64,000 nucleotides of DNA from the human T2T-CHM13v2.0 reference genome, Homo sapiens: the NCBI RefSeq assembly GCF_009914755.1, contig NC_060928.1; one strand, 5' to 3'. Within the stretch, counting starts at the first letter, position 1. Each line of letters starts with the position of its first letter. Made by a program: the position numbers and the translations under genes. Below the pieces are notes generated by a model. It did not search any database. It was not told the origin of the DNA and saw only the letters and a list, made by a program, of their open reading frames with translations. Shown here piece by piece: positions 26,271 through 43,054 of this stretch.

Positions 26271-29200
26271 ACATTTAAAGGAAAACTAATACCAGTCCTA
26301 CTCAAACTATTTTTTTAAAAAAAGAAGGAGGGAATACTTCCAACCTTATTCTGTGAGGTCACTATTACCCTGATACCAAAACCAGACAATCACACATGAA
26401 AAAAGGAAAACTGCAGGTCAGTATCTCTGATAAATATTGATGCAAAATCTTCAACAAGATACTAGCAAACCAAATTCAACAATATATTAAAAAGATCATT
26501 CATCATTATTGGGGGAACCCACCCCCAATATTTCAACATAGGTTCTTTCTATTTTCCATTAAGTGTCAGCCAGCTGAGAAATAAAGAGAGACAGTACAAA
26601 GAGAGGAATTTTACAGCTGGGCCGCCAGGGGTGACATCACATATCAGTAGGACTGTGATGCTCGCCTGAATCTCAGACCAGCAAGTTTTTATTAAGGGTT
26701 TCAAAAGGGGAGGGGGCGTAAGAACAGAGAGTAGGTATAAAGATCACATGCTTCAAAGAGCAAAAAGCAGAACCACTAATAAGGGTCTAACAAAGATCAC
26801 ATGCTTCTCAGGGAACAGGACAAAGGGCAAAAGCAGAACCACTGATAAGGATCCAAGAAAGATCACAGGGCAAAGGGCAAAAGCAGAACCACTGATAAGG
26901 GTCTATGTTCAGAGGTGCACATATTGTCTTGATAAACATCTTAAACAACAGAAAACAGGGTTCAACAGCAGAGAACAGGTCTGACCACAAATTTACCAGG
27001 GTGGAGTTTTTCCCCACCCTAGTAAGCCTGAGGGTTCTGCTGCAGACCAGGGCATATCTCAGTCCTAATCTCAACTGCACAAGACAAACATTCCCAGAGT
27101 GGCCGTTTATGGACCTCCCTCCAGGAACGCATTCCTTTTCCAGGGCATTAATATTAATATTCCTTGCTAGGAAAAGAATTTAGCGATATCTTTCCTACTC
27201 GCATGTCTGTTTATAGGCTCTCTGCAAGAAGAAAAATATGGCTCTTTTTGCCCGACCCCACAGGCAATGAGATCTTATGGTTGACTTCCCTCATTCCATA
27301 AAAATCGCTGTTATTCTGTTCTTTTTCAGGGTGCACTGATTTCATACTGTTCACACATGTTTTACAATCAGTTTGTACAGTTAACCCAATTATCACAGTG
27401 GTCCTGAGGTGACGTACATCCTCAGCTTACGAAGATAACAGGATTAAGAGATTAAAGACAGGCATAAGAAATTATAAAAGTATTATTTGGGAACTGATAA
27501 ATGTCCATATTAATATGAAATCTTCACAATTTATGTTCCTCTGCTGTGGCTCCAGCTGGTCCCTCCGTTCGGGGTCCCTGACTTCCCACAACACATCATG
27601 ATCAAATGGGATTTATCCCAGGGATGCAAGGATGGTTCAGCTTATGCAAATCAATCCATGTGATGTGTCATATCAACAGAATGAAGAAAAAAATATGATC
27701 ATTTCAAATAATGCTGAAAAAGCATTTGATAAAGTTCAACATTCCTTCATGATAAGATACCTTAAAAAACTGTATAGAAGGAACATACGTTGACACAATA
27801 AAAGCCATATATGCCAGATCTACAGCTGGTATCATGCTGAATGGTGAAAAACTGAAAGCCTTTCCTCTAAGATCTGGAACACAACAAGGATATCCACTTT
27901 CACCACTGTTATTCAACATAGTATTGGAAGTCCTTGCTAGAGCAACCAGACTAGAGAAAGAAGTAAAGGGCATCCAAACTGGAAAGAAAGAAGTCAAATT
28001 ATCCTTGTTTACAGATGATATAATCTTATATTTGGAAAAAACCAAAGACTCCACAAAAACTATTAGGACTGATAAACAAATTCAGTAAAGTTTCAGGATA
28101 CAAAACCAATATACAAATATCAGTATTATTTCTATATATCAACAGTGAACAATCTGAAAAAGAAATAAAAAAGTAATCCCATTTACAAAGGCCACAAATA
28201 AATTTAAATAATTAGGAATTATGTTAACCAAAGAAGTAAAAAATGTCTACAATGAAAACTATAAAACACTGATGAAGGAAATTAAAGAAGAAACATAAAA
28301 ATGGAAAGATATTTCCTGTTCGTGGACTAGAAGAATCAATATTGTTAGTATGTCCATACTACCAAAAGCAATCTACAGATTCAATGCAATCTCTATCAAA
28401 ATACCAATCACATTCTTCACAGAAATATAAAAAACAATTCTAAAACTTATATGAAACCACAAAAGACCAAGAATAGCCAAAGCTATTCTGTGCAAAAATA
28501 ACAAAACTGGAGGAATCACATTATCTGACTTCAAATTATATTGCAGAGCTATAGTAACCAAAATAGCATGGCACTGGCATAAAAACAGACACATAGACCA
28601 ATGAAACATAATAGAGAATCCAGAAACAAATCCATACACCTACAGTGAACTCATTTTTGACAAAGGTGCCAAAAATATACATTGGAGAAAAGGCAATCAC
28701 TTCAATAAATGGTGCTGAGAAAACTGGATATCCATATGCAGAAGAATGAAACTTGACCCCTCCCATCTCTCGTCATATGCAAAAATCAAATCAAAATGGA
28801 TTAAAGACATAAATATAAGACCTACAACTATGAAACCACTACAAGAAAATACCGTGGCAACTCTCCAGGAAATTGATTTGGGCAAAAATTTCTGGAGTAA
28901 AATATCCCACAAGCACAGGCAACCAAAGCAAAAATGGACAAATAGAATTAGTTTAAAAGCCTATGCACAGCAAAGGAAACAATCAACAAAGAGACAACCT
29001 ACAGAATGGGAGAAAATATTTGTAAACTACCCATCTAACAAGGGATTAATAATCAGAATATACGAGGAGCTCGAACAATTGTATAGGAAAAAAATCTAAT
29101 AATCTGATTTAAAAAGTGGGCAAAACATCTGAATAGACATTTCTCAAAAGAAGACATACAAATGGCAAACAGGCACATGAAAAGGTGTTCAATATCATTG

Positions 29201-30083
29201 ATAATCAGAGAAATGCAAATCAAAACTACAATGAGATATCACCTCACCTCAGTTAAAATGACTTTTATCCAAAAGACAGGCAATAACAAATGCTGACAAA
29301 GATATGGAGGAAAAAAGCCCTATACACTGTTGGTGGGAATGTAAATTAGCACAACCACTATGGAGAACAGCTTGGAAGTTCCTCAAAAGACTAAAAACAG
29401 AGCTACCATATGATCCAGCAATCTCACTGCTGGGTGTACACCCAAAAGAAAGAAAATCAGTATGTCAAAGAGATATCTGCACTCACATGTTTGTTGTAGC
29501 ATTGTTCACAGTATCCAAGATTTGGAAGCAACCTAAATGTCCATCAACAGATAACTGGATAAAGCAAATGTGGCAAATATATACAATGGAGAACTACTCA
29601 GCCATAAAAAAGAATGAGATTCTGTCATTTGCAACAACATGGATGGAATTGGAGGTCATTATGTCAAGTGAAATAAGTCAGACAGAAAGACAAACTTTGT
29701 AGGTTCTCACTTATTTGTGGGTGCCAAAAATCAAAACAATTGAACTCATGGAGACAGAAAGTAGATGGATAGTTATCAGAGGCTGGGAAGGGCAATGGGG
29801 GGTTGTGGGGTAGTGGAGATGGTTAATATGTAGGAAAAAAGATAGTTGGAAAGAAGGAATAAGACTTGGTGCTTGGTACCACAACCAGATGACTATAGTC
29901 AACAATAATTTAGATAGCTGGAAAAGTATGACTGGATTGTTTGTAACACAAAGAATAAATGCTTGAGGAGACGAATATCCCATTTCCCATGATGTGATTA
30001 TTGCTTATTGCATGTATAAAAGTATCTCATGTACCCCATAAACATATACACCAACTACTACCCACAAAAATAAAATTCTTTTT
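26271..30083 (+). mobile_element. 5'-truncated L1MA-type element, split by MER11
   Basis: ORF2 fragments (27834 [19 protein letters not shown]; 29304 ..ELPYDPAISLLG..); 15-bp TSD AAAATTGGAGGAAAA (26256-26270) / AAAATTGAAGGAAAA (30084-30098). Confidence 0.92.
26507..27593 (-). mobile_element. MER11 (ERVK, HML-8) solo LTR
   Basis: minus-strand start TGTTGTGGGAAGTCAGGGACCCCGAACGGAGGGACC; 1087 bp; exact 6-bp TSD CATCAT (26501-26506 / 27594-27599); internal AAGATCACA..AAAAGCAGAACCACT repeats. Confidence 0.92.
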
Positions 30084-30247
30084 AAAATTGAAGGAAAAGC
30101 TATCTTTGCTCTAAAGAGGCAAAGAACCTGGCTGAATTGTGTTCATGTTTTAGCAAAACACTAAAACATAGAAGATAGAACTTCTACAAAACATAGAAGG
30201 TAGAACTTGTGGGCAAATAAATTGAATATTTAACTAAAGCTGTTTCT

Positions 30248-30536
30248 TTTTCTTTTGAGATGAAGTCTCACTCTGTCACCTAGGCTGGAGTGTAGTGGCA
30301 CAATCTCAGCTCACTGCAACCTCACCTCCCGGGTTCAAGTGATTCTCCTGCCTCAGCCTCCCAAGTAGCTGCGATTACAGGCATCCGCCACCACACCCAA
30401 CTAATTTTGTATTTTTAGTAGAGACAGGTTTTCTCCATGTTGGTCAGGCTAGTCTCGAATTCCTGACCTCAGGTGATCTGCCTGCCTTGGCTTCCCAAAG
30501 TGCTGGGATTACAGGCGTGAGCCACTGTGCCTGGCC
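30248..30536 (-). mobile_element. AluS-type element
   Basis: full dimer; TSD AAAGCTGTTTCT / AAAGCTATTTCT. Confidence 0.96.
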
Positions 30537-30548
30537 AAAGCTATTTCT

Positions 30549-30861
30549 TTTTTCTTTTTCCTTTTTTTTTTTTTTTTTTTGAGACGGAGTCTCGCTGTGT
30601 CCCCCAGGCTGGAGTACAATGGCATGATCTCGGCTCACTGCAACCTCTGCCTCCCAGGTTTCAAGCGATTTTCCTGCCTCAGCCTCCCGAGTAGCTGGGA
30701 TTACAGGCACCCACCACCGTGCCCAGCTAATTTTTGTATCTTTAATAGAGATGGGGTTTCACCATCTTGGCCAGGCTGGTCTTGAACTCCTGACCTCATG
30801 ATCCACCCATCTCAGTCTCCCAAAGTGCTGGGATTACAGGCATGAGCCACCATGCCTGGCC
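30549..30861 (-). mobile_element. Alu inserted next to the previous Alu
   Basis: full dimer, long T tract; TSD CCAAAGCTATTTCT / CCAAAACTATTTCT. Confidence 0.96.
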
Positions 30862-31742
30862 CCAAAACTATTTCTAAGAGAAGTGTTGAAAGTGAGGCTT
30901 GGCTCCTTCCGACTGCTTATAGTAAAATAACAGAAGAGAGAAATGACTTAAATATGAAATTGTTAGGTAAAAAAGGAAGCAGAACGTAAAGATTTAGAAA
31001 ATTCTTAGACTATCCATATTGCAAAACAAGATAACAGTAAAGATGTGACCAAGCAACCATTTGCTAATGAAATTTGTATGGATCAGCCATCTCAACAGAA
31101 GCCAGGTATGATCCTCTAAGACAATGGAAGAATGACCCCAAAGATGATTCCAGAGATCATCAGGGCTGCCTTCCTTGGTTTCAAAAGGGAAGACCATCAT
31201 TGCACAATCAGCCAGATCTCCTCCACCCAAAATAGTGACAGCAGGACTGCCAAAAGGCTTGGAGCCTAAGCCCTGCCTGACAGAGCCGTGGGAGCAGAAC
31301 CTCTAACCTAGCAGTTCTTGAAGGCAGGAGTCCCACTGTAGTGGGCCTGGAAGGAGCATCAAGCCAAAAAAGATTTTTCTCAAGCCTTAAGATCTCATGG
31401 AGTTTGGCTTGTAGCCTGGACTTACATGGGATTTGTTACCCTTTTCTTCTTTGCTATTTCTCCCTTTTGGAATGGATATGTCTATTCTATCCCTGTCCCA
31501 CCACTGTATTTTGGAAGCATATGGCTTATTTGGTTTCACAGTGTCACAGCTAGGGAGCAATTTGCCTCAAGATGAATCATATCTTGAGTCTCACCCATAT
31601 CTGATTTAGATGATATTTAGGTGAGACTGTGGGTTTTAAATTTTAGGTTGATGCTGGAATGAATCAAGATTTTGAGGACTGTTGGGATGCAATGTCTTTT
31701 GCTTGTGAGAAAAACATAAATTTTGGGAGGCAAGGGGTGGCA

Positions 31743-32099
31743 GGCTATGGATTGAATATGTATCCCCCAAAATTCATATGTTGAAATACTAATCTCCAAT
31801 GTGCTGGCATTAGGAAGTGGGCACTTTGGTAGGTGATAAGGCCATGAGGGCAGAGTCCTTATGAATGGAATTAGTGCTGTTATAAAAGAGACTCTGGATA
31901 GCACCCCTACTTCTTCTATCATGTGAGAACTTAGCAAGACACTATCTGTGAACCTGGAAGAAGGCCCTCACCAGACACCAAATCTGCTGGCACTTTGATA
32001 TAGGAATTCCCAGTCTCCAGAACTGTGAGAAATAAATCTGTTACTACAAGCTACCTAGTCTATGGTAGTTTGTAATAGCAGTTCCAACAGACTAAGGCA
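31743..32099 (+). mobile_element. MLT1A/A0 MaLR LTR (3' LTR of the composite provirus)
   Basis: GCTATGGATTGAATATGTATCCCCCAAAATTCATATGTTGAAA ... CCAGAACTGTGAGAAATAAA ... CAGACTAAGGCA. Confidence 0.9.
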
Positions 32100-33544
32100 A
32101 ATGTCTATTAAATTTTTTGTTCATTTTTTAAATGGTTTATCTTTTTATTGGTCAGTTTTAAGAGTTCCTTATCTATTCTGAATACTAGACTGTTACCTGA
32201 TATATGGTTTACAAATATTTTTCCAGCTCTTTTAATTGCCTTTTCGCTTTATTGCTAGTGTCCTTTGAAGCAAAAAGTTTCTAATTTTGATGAAGTCCAA
32301 TTGTGCTGAACTGTTTTGAACCACAAAATTTCTTTATGAAAATTTTCATCATGATGCAGGTAACTAAAATTAAAATGCAGGGCTTTTTATAATTATTCAT
32401 TTGACAAATAACTGAATATGGAATCAGCTTACAATTTCTCTGCTGGTACAAAAGTCAAATTTCTTTAATTTGTAAAAGAGACAAATAACTATAAAGTAGG
32501 CAAATTAAATATTTAATAGTCAAAAGATACCAAATTAATTTTGTCATGAGGCATTCATAACAAAAGATTTTTTTCTATACAGGCTAGGAAAAAATTGCTT
32601 GAAAGGGATCAAAATAAATATAATCAATTTCTTGCCAATGGATAGAGGTTAAGGCCATCTCTAGATGTCCCGTTTGTAGAATTTCTATATTCTTAAATTA
32701 GTTTTGGAATCTACATCTGGACTAAATGCTAATATTATTAATTCACAGAACATGTTTGCTTGCCATCATTTCTTAAGATGTGAAGTTATACAAACATATT
32801 TCCCCTGCAGCATTTCAAAACATACTCAACCATTAAAAGGAAATTAATTTTAAAGACATCTGTGCCAAAATGTATGATATATTTGCTTCTTCTGCAGAGA
32901 GCTACAAAAGACAGAACTTTGCTTTGGTAATAATAAAATGTGTTGACTTCCAAGCACTGCATAGTTTTGCAATGGAAAACAAGCTGGAGAAGCTTTTGAA
33001 GGTTTGTCAGAAACTATGATGTCTGGGTGGCAAGTGGGATTTCACTAATCCCCAGGGACATTGCAAAACTGTCTTCCCAACCATCTGTTGCTAGGACTCT
33101 AGTCAAAAAGAGGATGACAAGTGAAAACTATTTTGGCAACAGAACAAAAAATAAGAAATCCAAAACAAACCTCTCACAAACAGTTGGGCTTTCTATTAGA
33201 TTCAAATCATACATGACCACATTTTTAGAAATGCACATATTCAACTCACTGAAAATGCCAAAAGAGATAGAATGGAAAAGGAAAGGTAACCAGGAGGGGA
33301 CACCTCTTCTGGAAGAAACCTGTCTATTAATACTTGTTCATATGACAGAAAAGTTCATTGAGGGCAGTGATTGTATTCTTAGAATGTCAGTGCTGGCTAA
33401 ATGAATATGTGAAGAGAGAGTACAAGAAAGGATCATAAGATCCAGATAGGAAAGAAATCAGCTTGAAAATATCCACAGTATGTGACTTGGGATAAGGAAA
33501 GAACACTGAGCATGGCAGTGGTATTCTCAAGTGGGATCTTTAGT

Positions 33545-33890
33545 AACCATTCATTCACTTATTCAACAAATATTTGTGAAACTACAATGGGTACCATCTT
33601 AGACACTAGGGATGCAGCTAAACAAAACAGACTAGATCCCTGCCCTCATGGAGCTTACATTGAAAAGCTAATAATTATGGAGCACTGAAGTGTGCCAAGC
33701 ATTGTGTTCAGAGCTTCATATATATTCTCTCTGATCTTCACACCACCCCTATGGGATAAGCACTATCATCATTCCCATTTTACAGAGGAGACAATTGAAG
33801 TTTACATAAAGGGACTTGTTTACGTCCAAGAATTGATAACAAACACAGGTCTGCCTAACCACTGAAACTCTAATCTTCACCACTGCACAA
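33545..33890 (-). mobile_element. L2 3' end followed by MIR
   Basis: CATTCATTCACTTATTCAACAAATATTTG (L2); CCCATTTTACAGAGGAGACAATTGAAG (MIR). Confidence 0.7.
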
Positions 33891-35229
33891 CTCCCCTCAC
33901 AGATTCATCACATGACTCTAAGATCATACTTCTATATTAATAACTGCTATGCCATGTTGTTTATTTTTGGATGGCAATTATGCAAATGGGTGTTATACCA
34001 TTTCATACTATATTATACTATTATAGTCATTCACAGATGAGAGAAAAATCTTCCATATTGGTAAAGTTTAAATCTATGGGCTGAAGAAAGGAAATTTTTT
34101 GTCTCTGAAGATTGCTGAAAGAGGAGACAGTGAGGAGATACAAAGTTAAAAGAGATGCACATAGCAGAAAGGAATAATGCTATGAGTTTTTCTAAGATGG
34201 AAGAGAGCTGTCTCCCACTAGAGATAAAGAATTAACTCTCAGCACCCAGGCAAAAGAGGAAACTAGGTTAAAAAAAAAAAAAGAACTCTGGCAACTCTGT
34301 GCTAGGATGGTGTGTAAGTCTTAAAGTAATTATTAATGAGATTCAGAATATTAAAAAACTAAGAAAATCATTTGAGTATATATTGTCTCTGATGATTTTC
34401 CAGTAATTCAGAATCTAGAAAATAACATATAAAATATTAACATGACCCTCCAGGGATATCTACATAAATCTTATTGCTAAATAAGTTAATTATGACTTAT
34501 TATTCCATAAAATGTCAATTTAGCTCAACTTTCAACTGTTCAAATTCAGAACACCTAAAGTCTCTCCAGAGTCCTGTAGATACAACTTTCATAGAAACTG
34601 CTTAGGTGACCTGTGATATAACACAGGCAGACATGAAGATTTCTGGGAGGAGAGATGCACTCTGAAAAATAGGGCTATGGAGTCTGTTCCTTCTACATTC
34701 ATTTTAGCAATGCTACATCTTCACTATTAGACACTCTAGATCATGCTCACTTCCCACTTCCAATAATTTATAGCTTTTCTTTTAAAAATAATTTTATTAA
34801 TTGATATTATGCTGGAATATCAAAACTCTTAAAAGATTCAATTACTAAACACTTAAAGAAATATAAATCTTCCAGAGTCAATATCAGTATCACTGTGAGT
34901 TTTTAGGCAGATGTGACAGAAAAGAAGACGTCAAAATTAGAACAGGAAGCAAAATAATCTCATTAAATCAAAGCTATATTAGAAATTGTCATATGACATA
35001 TTGTGCAAATTACAGTGCATATTTGTGCTTCATTTCATTCAATAAATATTTACAGAATACAATAGGCCAAGCCTTGTGCTAGAAGCATATATACAGGACA
35101 AAATGACATAGTCTGAGCTTTTGGTGGATTTACATTATAATTTGCCTGATAAAACACGTCATATGACACATAACAGGTCGTATTTTTTAACATCTTGTAA
35201 GAAAAAAATTTTAGGTCTAAGGAAATAAC

Positions 35230-35730
35230 CTCAAAATTGTTAGTTGAAATGTATAATGGTACAGCCACTCTGAAAAACAGTTGGGCAATTTCTTTAAAAA
35301 ATAAACATACACTTACCAAACAAACTAGCAATTACACTCTCATGCATTTAACTCAGAGAAGTAAAAATTTACAACTCCACAAAAACATGTACATGAATAT
35401 TCATAGTAGCTTTATTTTTAAAGCCCCCAAATTGGAAACAACCTACATGTCCAATAAGAGATAAATGGTTAAACAAACTGTGCTACATATATACCACGGA
35501 ATACTACTCAACAATATAAAGGAACTGATTGATATATGATATAAAAAGAACTATGGATATATGAAACAACCTTGACAGATCTCAAGGGTATTTAAGGGGA
35601 AAAAAGCTAACCTCAAAAGGCCACTTAATGTATGATTCCATTTATATAACAATCTTGAAATGACAAAATTATTAAGAGAGAAAACAGATTAATGATTTCC
35701 ATGAGGTAGGTAGGGATGATGAAAATAAAA
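35230..35730 (+). mobile_element. L1MB/MC 3' fragment
   Basis: GGTACAGCCACTCTGAAAAACAGTTGGGCAATTTCT; TGTATGATTCCATTTATATAAC. Confidence 0.8.
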
Positions 35731-36284
35731 ATACAGTATGTCAGATGGTAATGTTATCAAAAAAATAAAGCAGACTAAAAAAACAAAACAGAGGGCCCAA
35801 ATGGGGAAGGAGATTATTGCTACTGTACATAGGTTGGTGAGAAAGGCTGCTCTGAAGGAGGTACAAGAGTGAGTCACGTGGATATTCGAAGCAGAGAGGA
35901 CAGAAGAGTAGTGTCCATGGCTGGAGTGTGCACAGTGCCTTTCAGAGGGCTCAGTGTGGTTGAATGAGGGAGGACAGAGGAGCAGGAGATACTGTTAAAA
36001 CATTGGGAAAAAGAGGAGAGTTGATCATAAGTGGTCTTGTAGGCAACTGTATGGATTTTGACTTTTTTTTGCTGACTGACCTAGGGAAGCTGCTGAAAAG
36101 TTTGGAGCACAGGGTTTATACCAGTGCCCAAAACAGTGACTGCAAATGATAGGTGTTCAGCAAATAGTTGTTCAAGGGATGGCATGTTTTGACTTATATT
36201 TTTAAAAAAGGATCACCATGGCTGCTGAAAGAAGAATGAAATGTGTTAAGGCAAGAGTCTGAAGAAACAGTATTGATGTGAGAG

Positions 36285-36860
36285 TAAATCAGTGCAATTT
36301 CCATTGAGAGCAATTTGGCAATAATTTGGCAATATCTGTCAAAAATATCAATATATATAACTTTTGATCCAGGAATTCTTCTTCTAGGAATATATCCTAC
36401 AGATATACTCACACATGTGTGAAATAATGTATCTGGAAGGCTTCTGTGTAATAGCAATAGATTTTAAACAACTTCAATGGCCACTGTGAGATAAGTTAGA
36501 GAAACTATAGAATACCCATACAACAGAATACCACGCAACCATAAAAATTTAATAGAAAGCTCTTTACATGCTGATATAAAACAGTCTCCAAGATATATAT
36601 TAAATGAAAAACCAAGGCAGATTTCAATGCTATGATTTGTATTTTAAAAGGTAATAGAAAAAAAATATGTATTTGTGTGTGTGTAGAGATGTATATCTTT
36701 GCAGGAGCACTCAAGAAACGGTAGCATCAGTCATCTCCAGGAAGAATAGCAGGGTGAAGGGGCTAGGGATGGGTGGGGGCCAGGATGGAGGGAAAACATT
36801 TCACTGTATGTAATTTTTAAACTTTTGGATTTTGAACTATGTAACTAAAAAATGAATAAC
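36285..36860 (+). mobile_element. L1ME 3' fragment
   Basis: CTTTTGATCCAGGAATTCTTCTTCTAGGAATATATCCTACAGATATACTC. Confidence 0.7.
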
Positions 36861-37137
36861 ATTGAAATTTTCTTTAATATTTTTAAAATAGATTATTTAT
36901 ATACCTTAGTTAGGAACTGGGGAAAGAAACATGAGACTTAAAGTTACAAGGATGTAGGTTTAAGACCACTTCCAGCATTAGTAGGGGTATAACATTAGAA
37001 AAGTCACATAACCTTTTGAGCCTCAGTTTCCTAACTGGTGAATGGAATTGTTGTAGAGTAGCCTAACTCTTAACCAAAGTTCATCTTTCCACTGTGCATC
37101 ACATTCCATCCTTTCTCCTCTACTCAATTATGTGGCT

Positions 37138-37517
37138 TGTATTAGTTTGCTACGGATGCCATAACAAATATCACAGACAGGTGCCCTAAACAACAGAAAT
37201 TTATTTCCTTACAATTCTGGAGTCTAGAAGTCCAAGATCAAGGTATCAACAGGGTTGTTTTTCTAAGTCTCTGTCTCCTTGGCTTGTAGGTGGCCATGTG
37301 TCTCCCCATGATCTTTCCTCTGTGTATATCTGTGCCCTTATTTCATAAGGATGGTATGAGATACCAATCTCATTGGATTATCGCCCACCTAATGACCTCA
37401 TGCAGCCATCATTAACCTCTTTAATGACCCTATCTCCAAATACAGTTCCATTTTGAGGTACTGAGGGTGAGGACTTTAACATATAACATCAGGAGGATCA
37501 CAATTCAGCCCATAACA
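37138..37517 (-). mobile_element. MLT1A/B solo LTR
   Basis: TGTATTAGTTTGCTACGGATGCCATAACAAA ... CACAATTCAGCCCATAACA. Confidence 0.88.
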
Positions 37518-38623
37518 AAGTATTGGCAACTCTGCTCTTTTTCCCAATGTCATCAATTTCTTTAATCTCTGTTGGACCATTTTCATCAGTGTACAATGTG
37601 CTTTTATTTCTTTTATCTTAAAAAAAAAAATCTCTGACTCCACTTCTCCGTTCAGCAACCACCCTATTTTCTGGGTCTCCTTTACAGCATAAGTCTTCCA
37701 AAGAGTTGTCCATATTCACTGTCTCAAATTCCTCTTTTATTCTCTTACACTCATTCCAACAAAGCTTTTGCCCCCTCACTCCACTGAAGCTGCTATTGCT
37801 TTTGTCACCAATCAACTCTATGTCACAAAATACAATGGTCAAAACTCAGTCCTCACCTTAACTTGTCCTGTTAGCATTACTGATGTACTTTTACTTGGCT
37901 TTAAAGACACATATTCTATTAGTTTTCCTCCTAATTCATTGGTTGCTGCTTCTCAATTTCCATTTCTGGTTTCTTTCTTCTTCCCCTCTATTGAACGTTA
38001 CTTCTTGAACTTCTTTCTTTCTCTAACTATACTCAATCCCTTAGTGATATCATTGTCTCATGACTTTGAATAATGTCTACATTCCAATAGCTCTTGCATT
38101 TTTGCCTTGGATGTTCAATAGATGTGTTACATTCAGCATGCCCCAAAGTGAACTTATGTTCTTCCCTTAAAAACCGGCTCACACATAGCCTCCCCTATTC
38201 CAGCTGACTTTAACTCCAATCCCTCTAGCTGCTCAAGTCAAGTAATCTTTGACATCGTTCTTTTCCTTATATCTCACATCTAATCCTCCAGAGAATGCCT
38301 AAGGCATAATCTGCTATATATATATAATCTGATCTCTTTTTACCTCCTTCACCACTACCATCCTGGTTCAAGCTTTCATCACCTCTCACTTAGATTACTC
38401 TAAAAGCCTCCTAACAAGAGTCCATGCTCCCAGTCTTACTCCCCTCTTCAGTATCTTCTTGACATGATAGACACTGTGATCCTTTAAAAATGTATGACAG
38501 ATAATTTCACTCCTCTGCTGAACACACTCCAACAGCTCTACATTTCATTCAGGGTTAAAACCTAAGTGCTTAAAATACCCTAAGACTCTTCATGACCTAC
38601 TACTACATTTTTCTCTCTTGCTC

Positions 38624-41466
<2,843 letters not shown>

Positions 41467-42317
41467 ATTTTGTTCTTTAAACATTCCAGACTCACTGCTG
41501 CTTTAGAGACTGCTCTAACTGTTCCCTCTCTCTGGAAAGCTCTTCCCCTAGATAGCCACTTGGTTATCTCCTCAGTACTTTAAGATCAATGAGCCTCTTC
41601 CCTGACATCTCTATTTAATACTTCCTACATGCATGTGTGTGTGCACACACATACACACACACTCTCTCTGACTCCCTTAATGACTATATGATTACTCACA
41701 CACACACATGCACGCACACATTCTGACTTCCTTAACCACTATATGATTATTTTTTTCTTAGTCTCATCAACTCCCTTAAAACTGTAATATTATTTGTTTC
41801 CATAGACCTATTCTTCTAACATACTCTATCATTCATCTAGCTTTGTATGTACCTATCTATCAATCATGTTTACTGTTTATTGGCTGTCTCCTCCAGCTAA
41901 ACTGTAAGCTCTGTAAGGGAAGTGAATCATTGTCTGCTTTGTTCACTGGTATATCTCAAACACCCAGAACAGTGTCTGGCGCTCAGTAAGTATTCAAAAA
42001 CTGTTTGTTAAGTGAATGAATACAAGCACTGGTACTATTGCTTCTATCACTTCTACCACCACCATTCATATTAGAAATATACAAACAGTAAACAATGACA
42101 AGTCTTCGCCAGTTTTCCAAATCACTAAGGATGTCTATAAGACTACTTCTACAATCTCCTTTTGTCACATGAGGTCACAAAATTTCACAAAGCGGAGAGT
42201 TGAAAGAGAAAAGAGTAAGTTATCATTACATTCCTTTTAACTTGTAACCATCAAACCCATAATTATTAGCCCATTTCCTCATTAAATATCCTCTAATGGG
42301 TAGTAATCTTTTGAGGG

Positions 42318-42760
42318 CATCTTAGCCTACTTTGTGTTGCTATGAAGGAATATCTAAGGCTGGGTAATTTATCAAGAAAAGAGGTTTATTTTGCTCAAGG
42401 TTCTGCAGGTTGTACAAGACGCATGGCGCCAGCATCTGCTTGGCTTCTGGTGAGGGCCTCATGCTGCTTCCATTCATGGTGGAAGGTGAAGGGGAGCCAG
42501 CATGTGCAGAGATCACATTGTGAGAGAGGAAGCAAGAGAGTCTGAGGAGAGGTGTCAGCCTGTTTTTAACAAGCAGCTCTAGAAGGAACTATTAGAGCAA
42601 GTACTTACTCCCCCTACCCACTTAGGGAGGGCATTAGTCTTATTCATGAGGTATCTGTCCCCATGCCTCAAACAAACACCTCCCATTAGGGACTACCTCC
42701 AACACTGGGGATCAAATTTCAACATGAGGTTTGGAGGGGTCAAACATCCAAACCATAGCA
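42318..42760 (-). mobile_element. MSTB-type MaLR solo LTR
   Basis: TGCTATGAAGGAATATCTAAGGCTGGGTAATTTAT ... AACATCCAAACCATAGCA; TSD GAGGG / GAGGA. Confidence 0.9.
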
Positions 42761-43054
42761 GAGGATTTTTGTCCTTAATTTTTTAAAAAATTATTTATGG
42801 GTAAGAGGTATGTGAAAGTTTATAAAATACTGGAAAAGACACTGAATTGAACCTCATTCTAGTTCAGTGGACAAGGAAAATATGAACAAAAAACTAATTT
42901 GGAAGTCTCATAAATACCAATAAATAATGGTATAAGCAAACTAAAAGGAAATCAGAATGGACATCAGGAAACTGATGAAGAAAACAATAATAATAATAGC
43001 AATCTGTTGCTTGTCATGTTAGTAATCTTAGCCTTCACTTCTTCTAATTGTTAC

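Larger units (their letters stand above)
25953..31742 (+). mobile_element. MaLR (MLT1A-int-like) internal region, in pieces 25953-26270, 30099-30247 and 30876-31742
   Basis: GGGAGTGGGGTGCTACTATAACAAATACCTAAAAATGTGG; GGCAAAGAACCTGGCTGAATTGTGTTC; PPT TTTTGGGAGGCAAGGGGTGG before the 3' LTR. Confidence 0.8.

Noticed and set aside
26740-26905. Tandem AAGATCACA/AAAAGCAGAACCACT repeats
   Set aside because: Normal internal repeats of MER11 LTRs.
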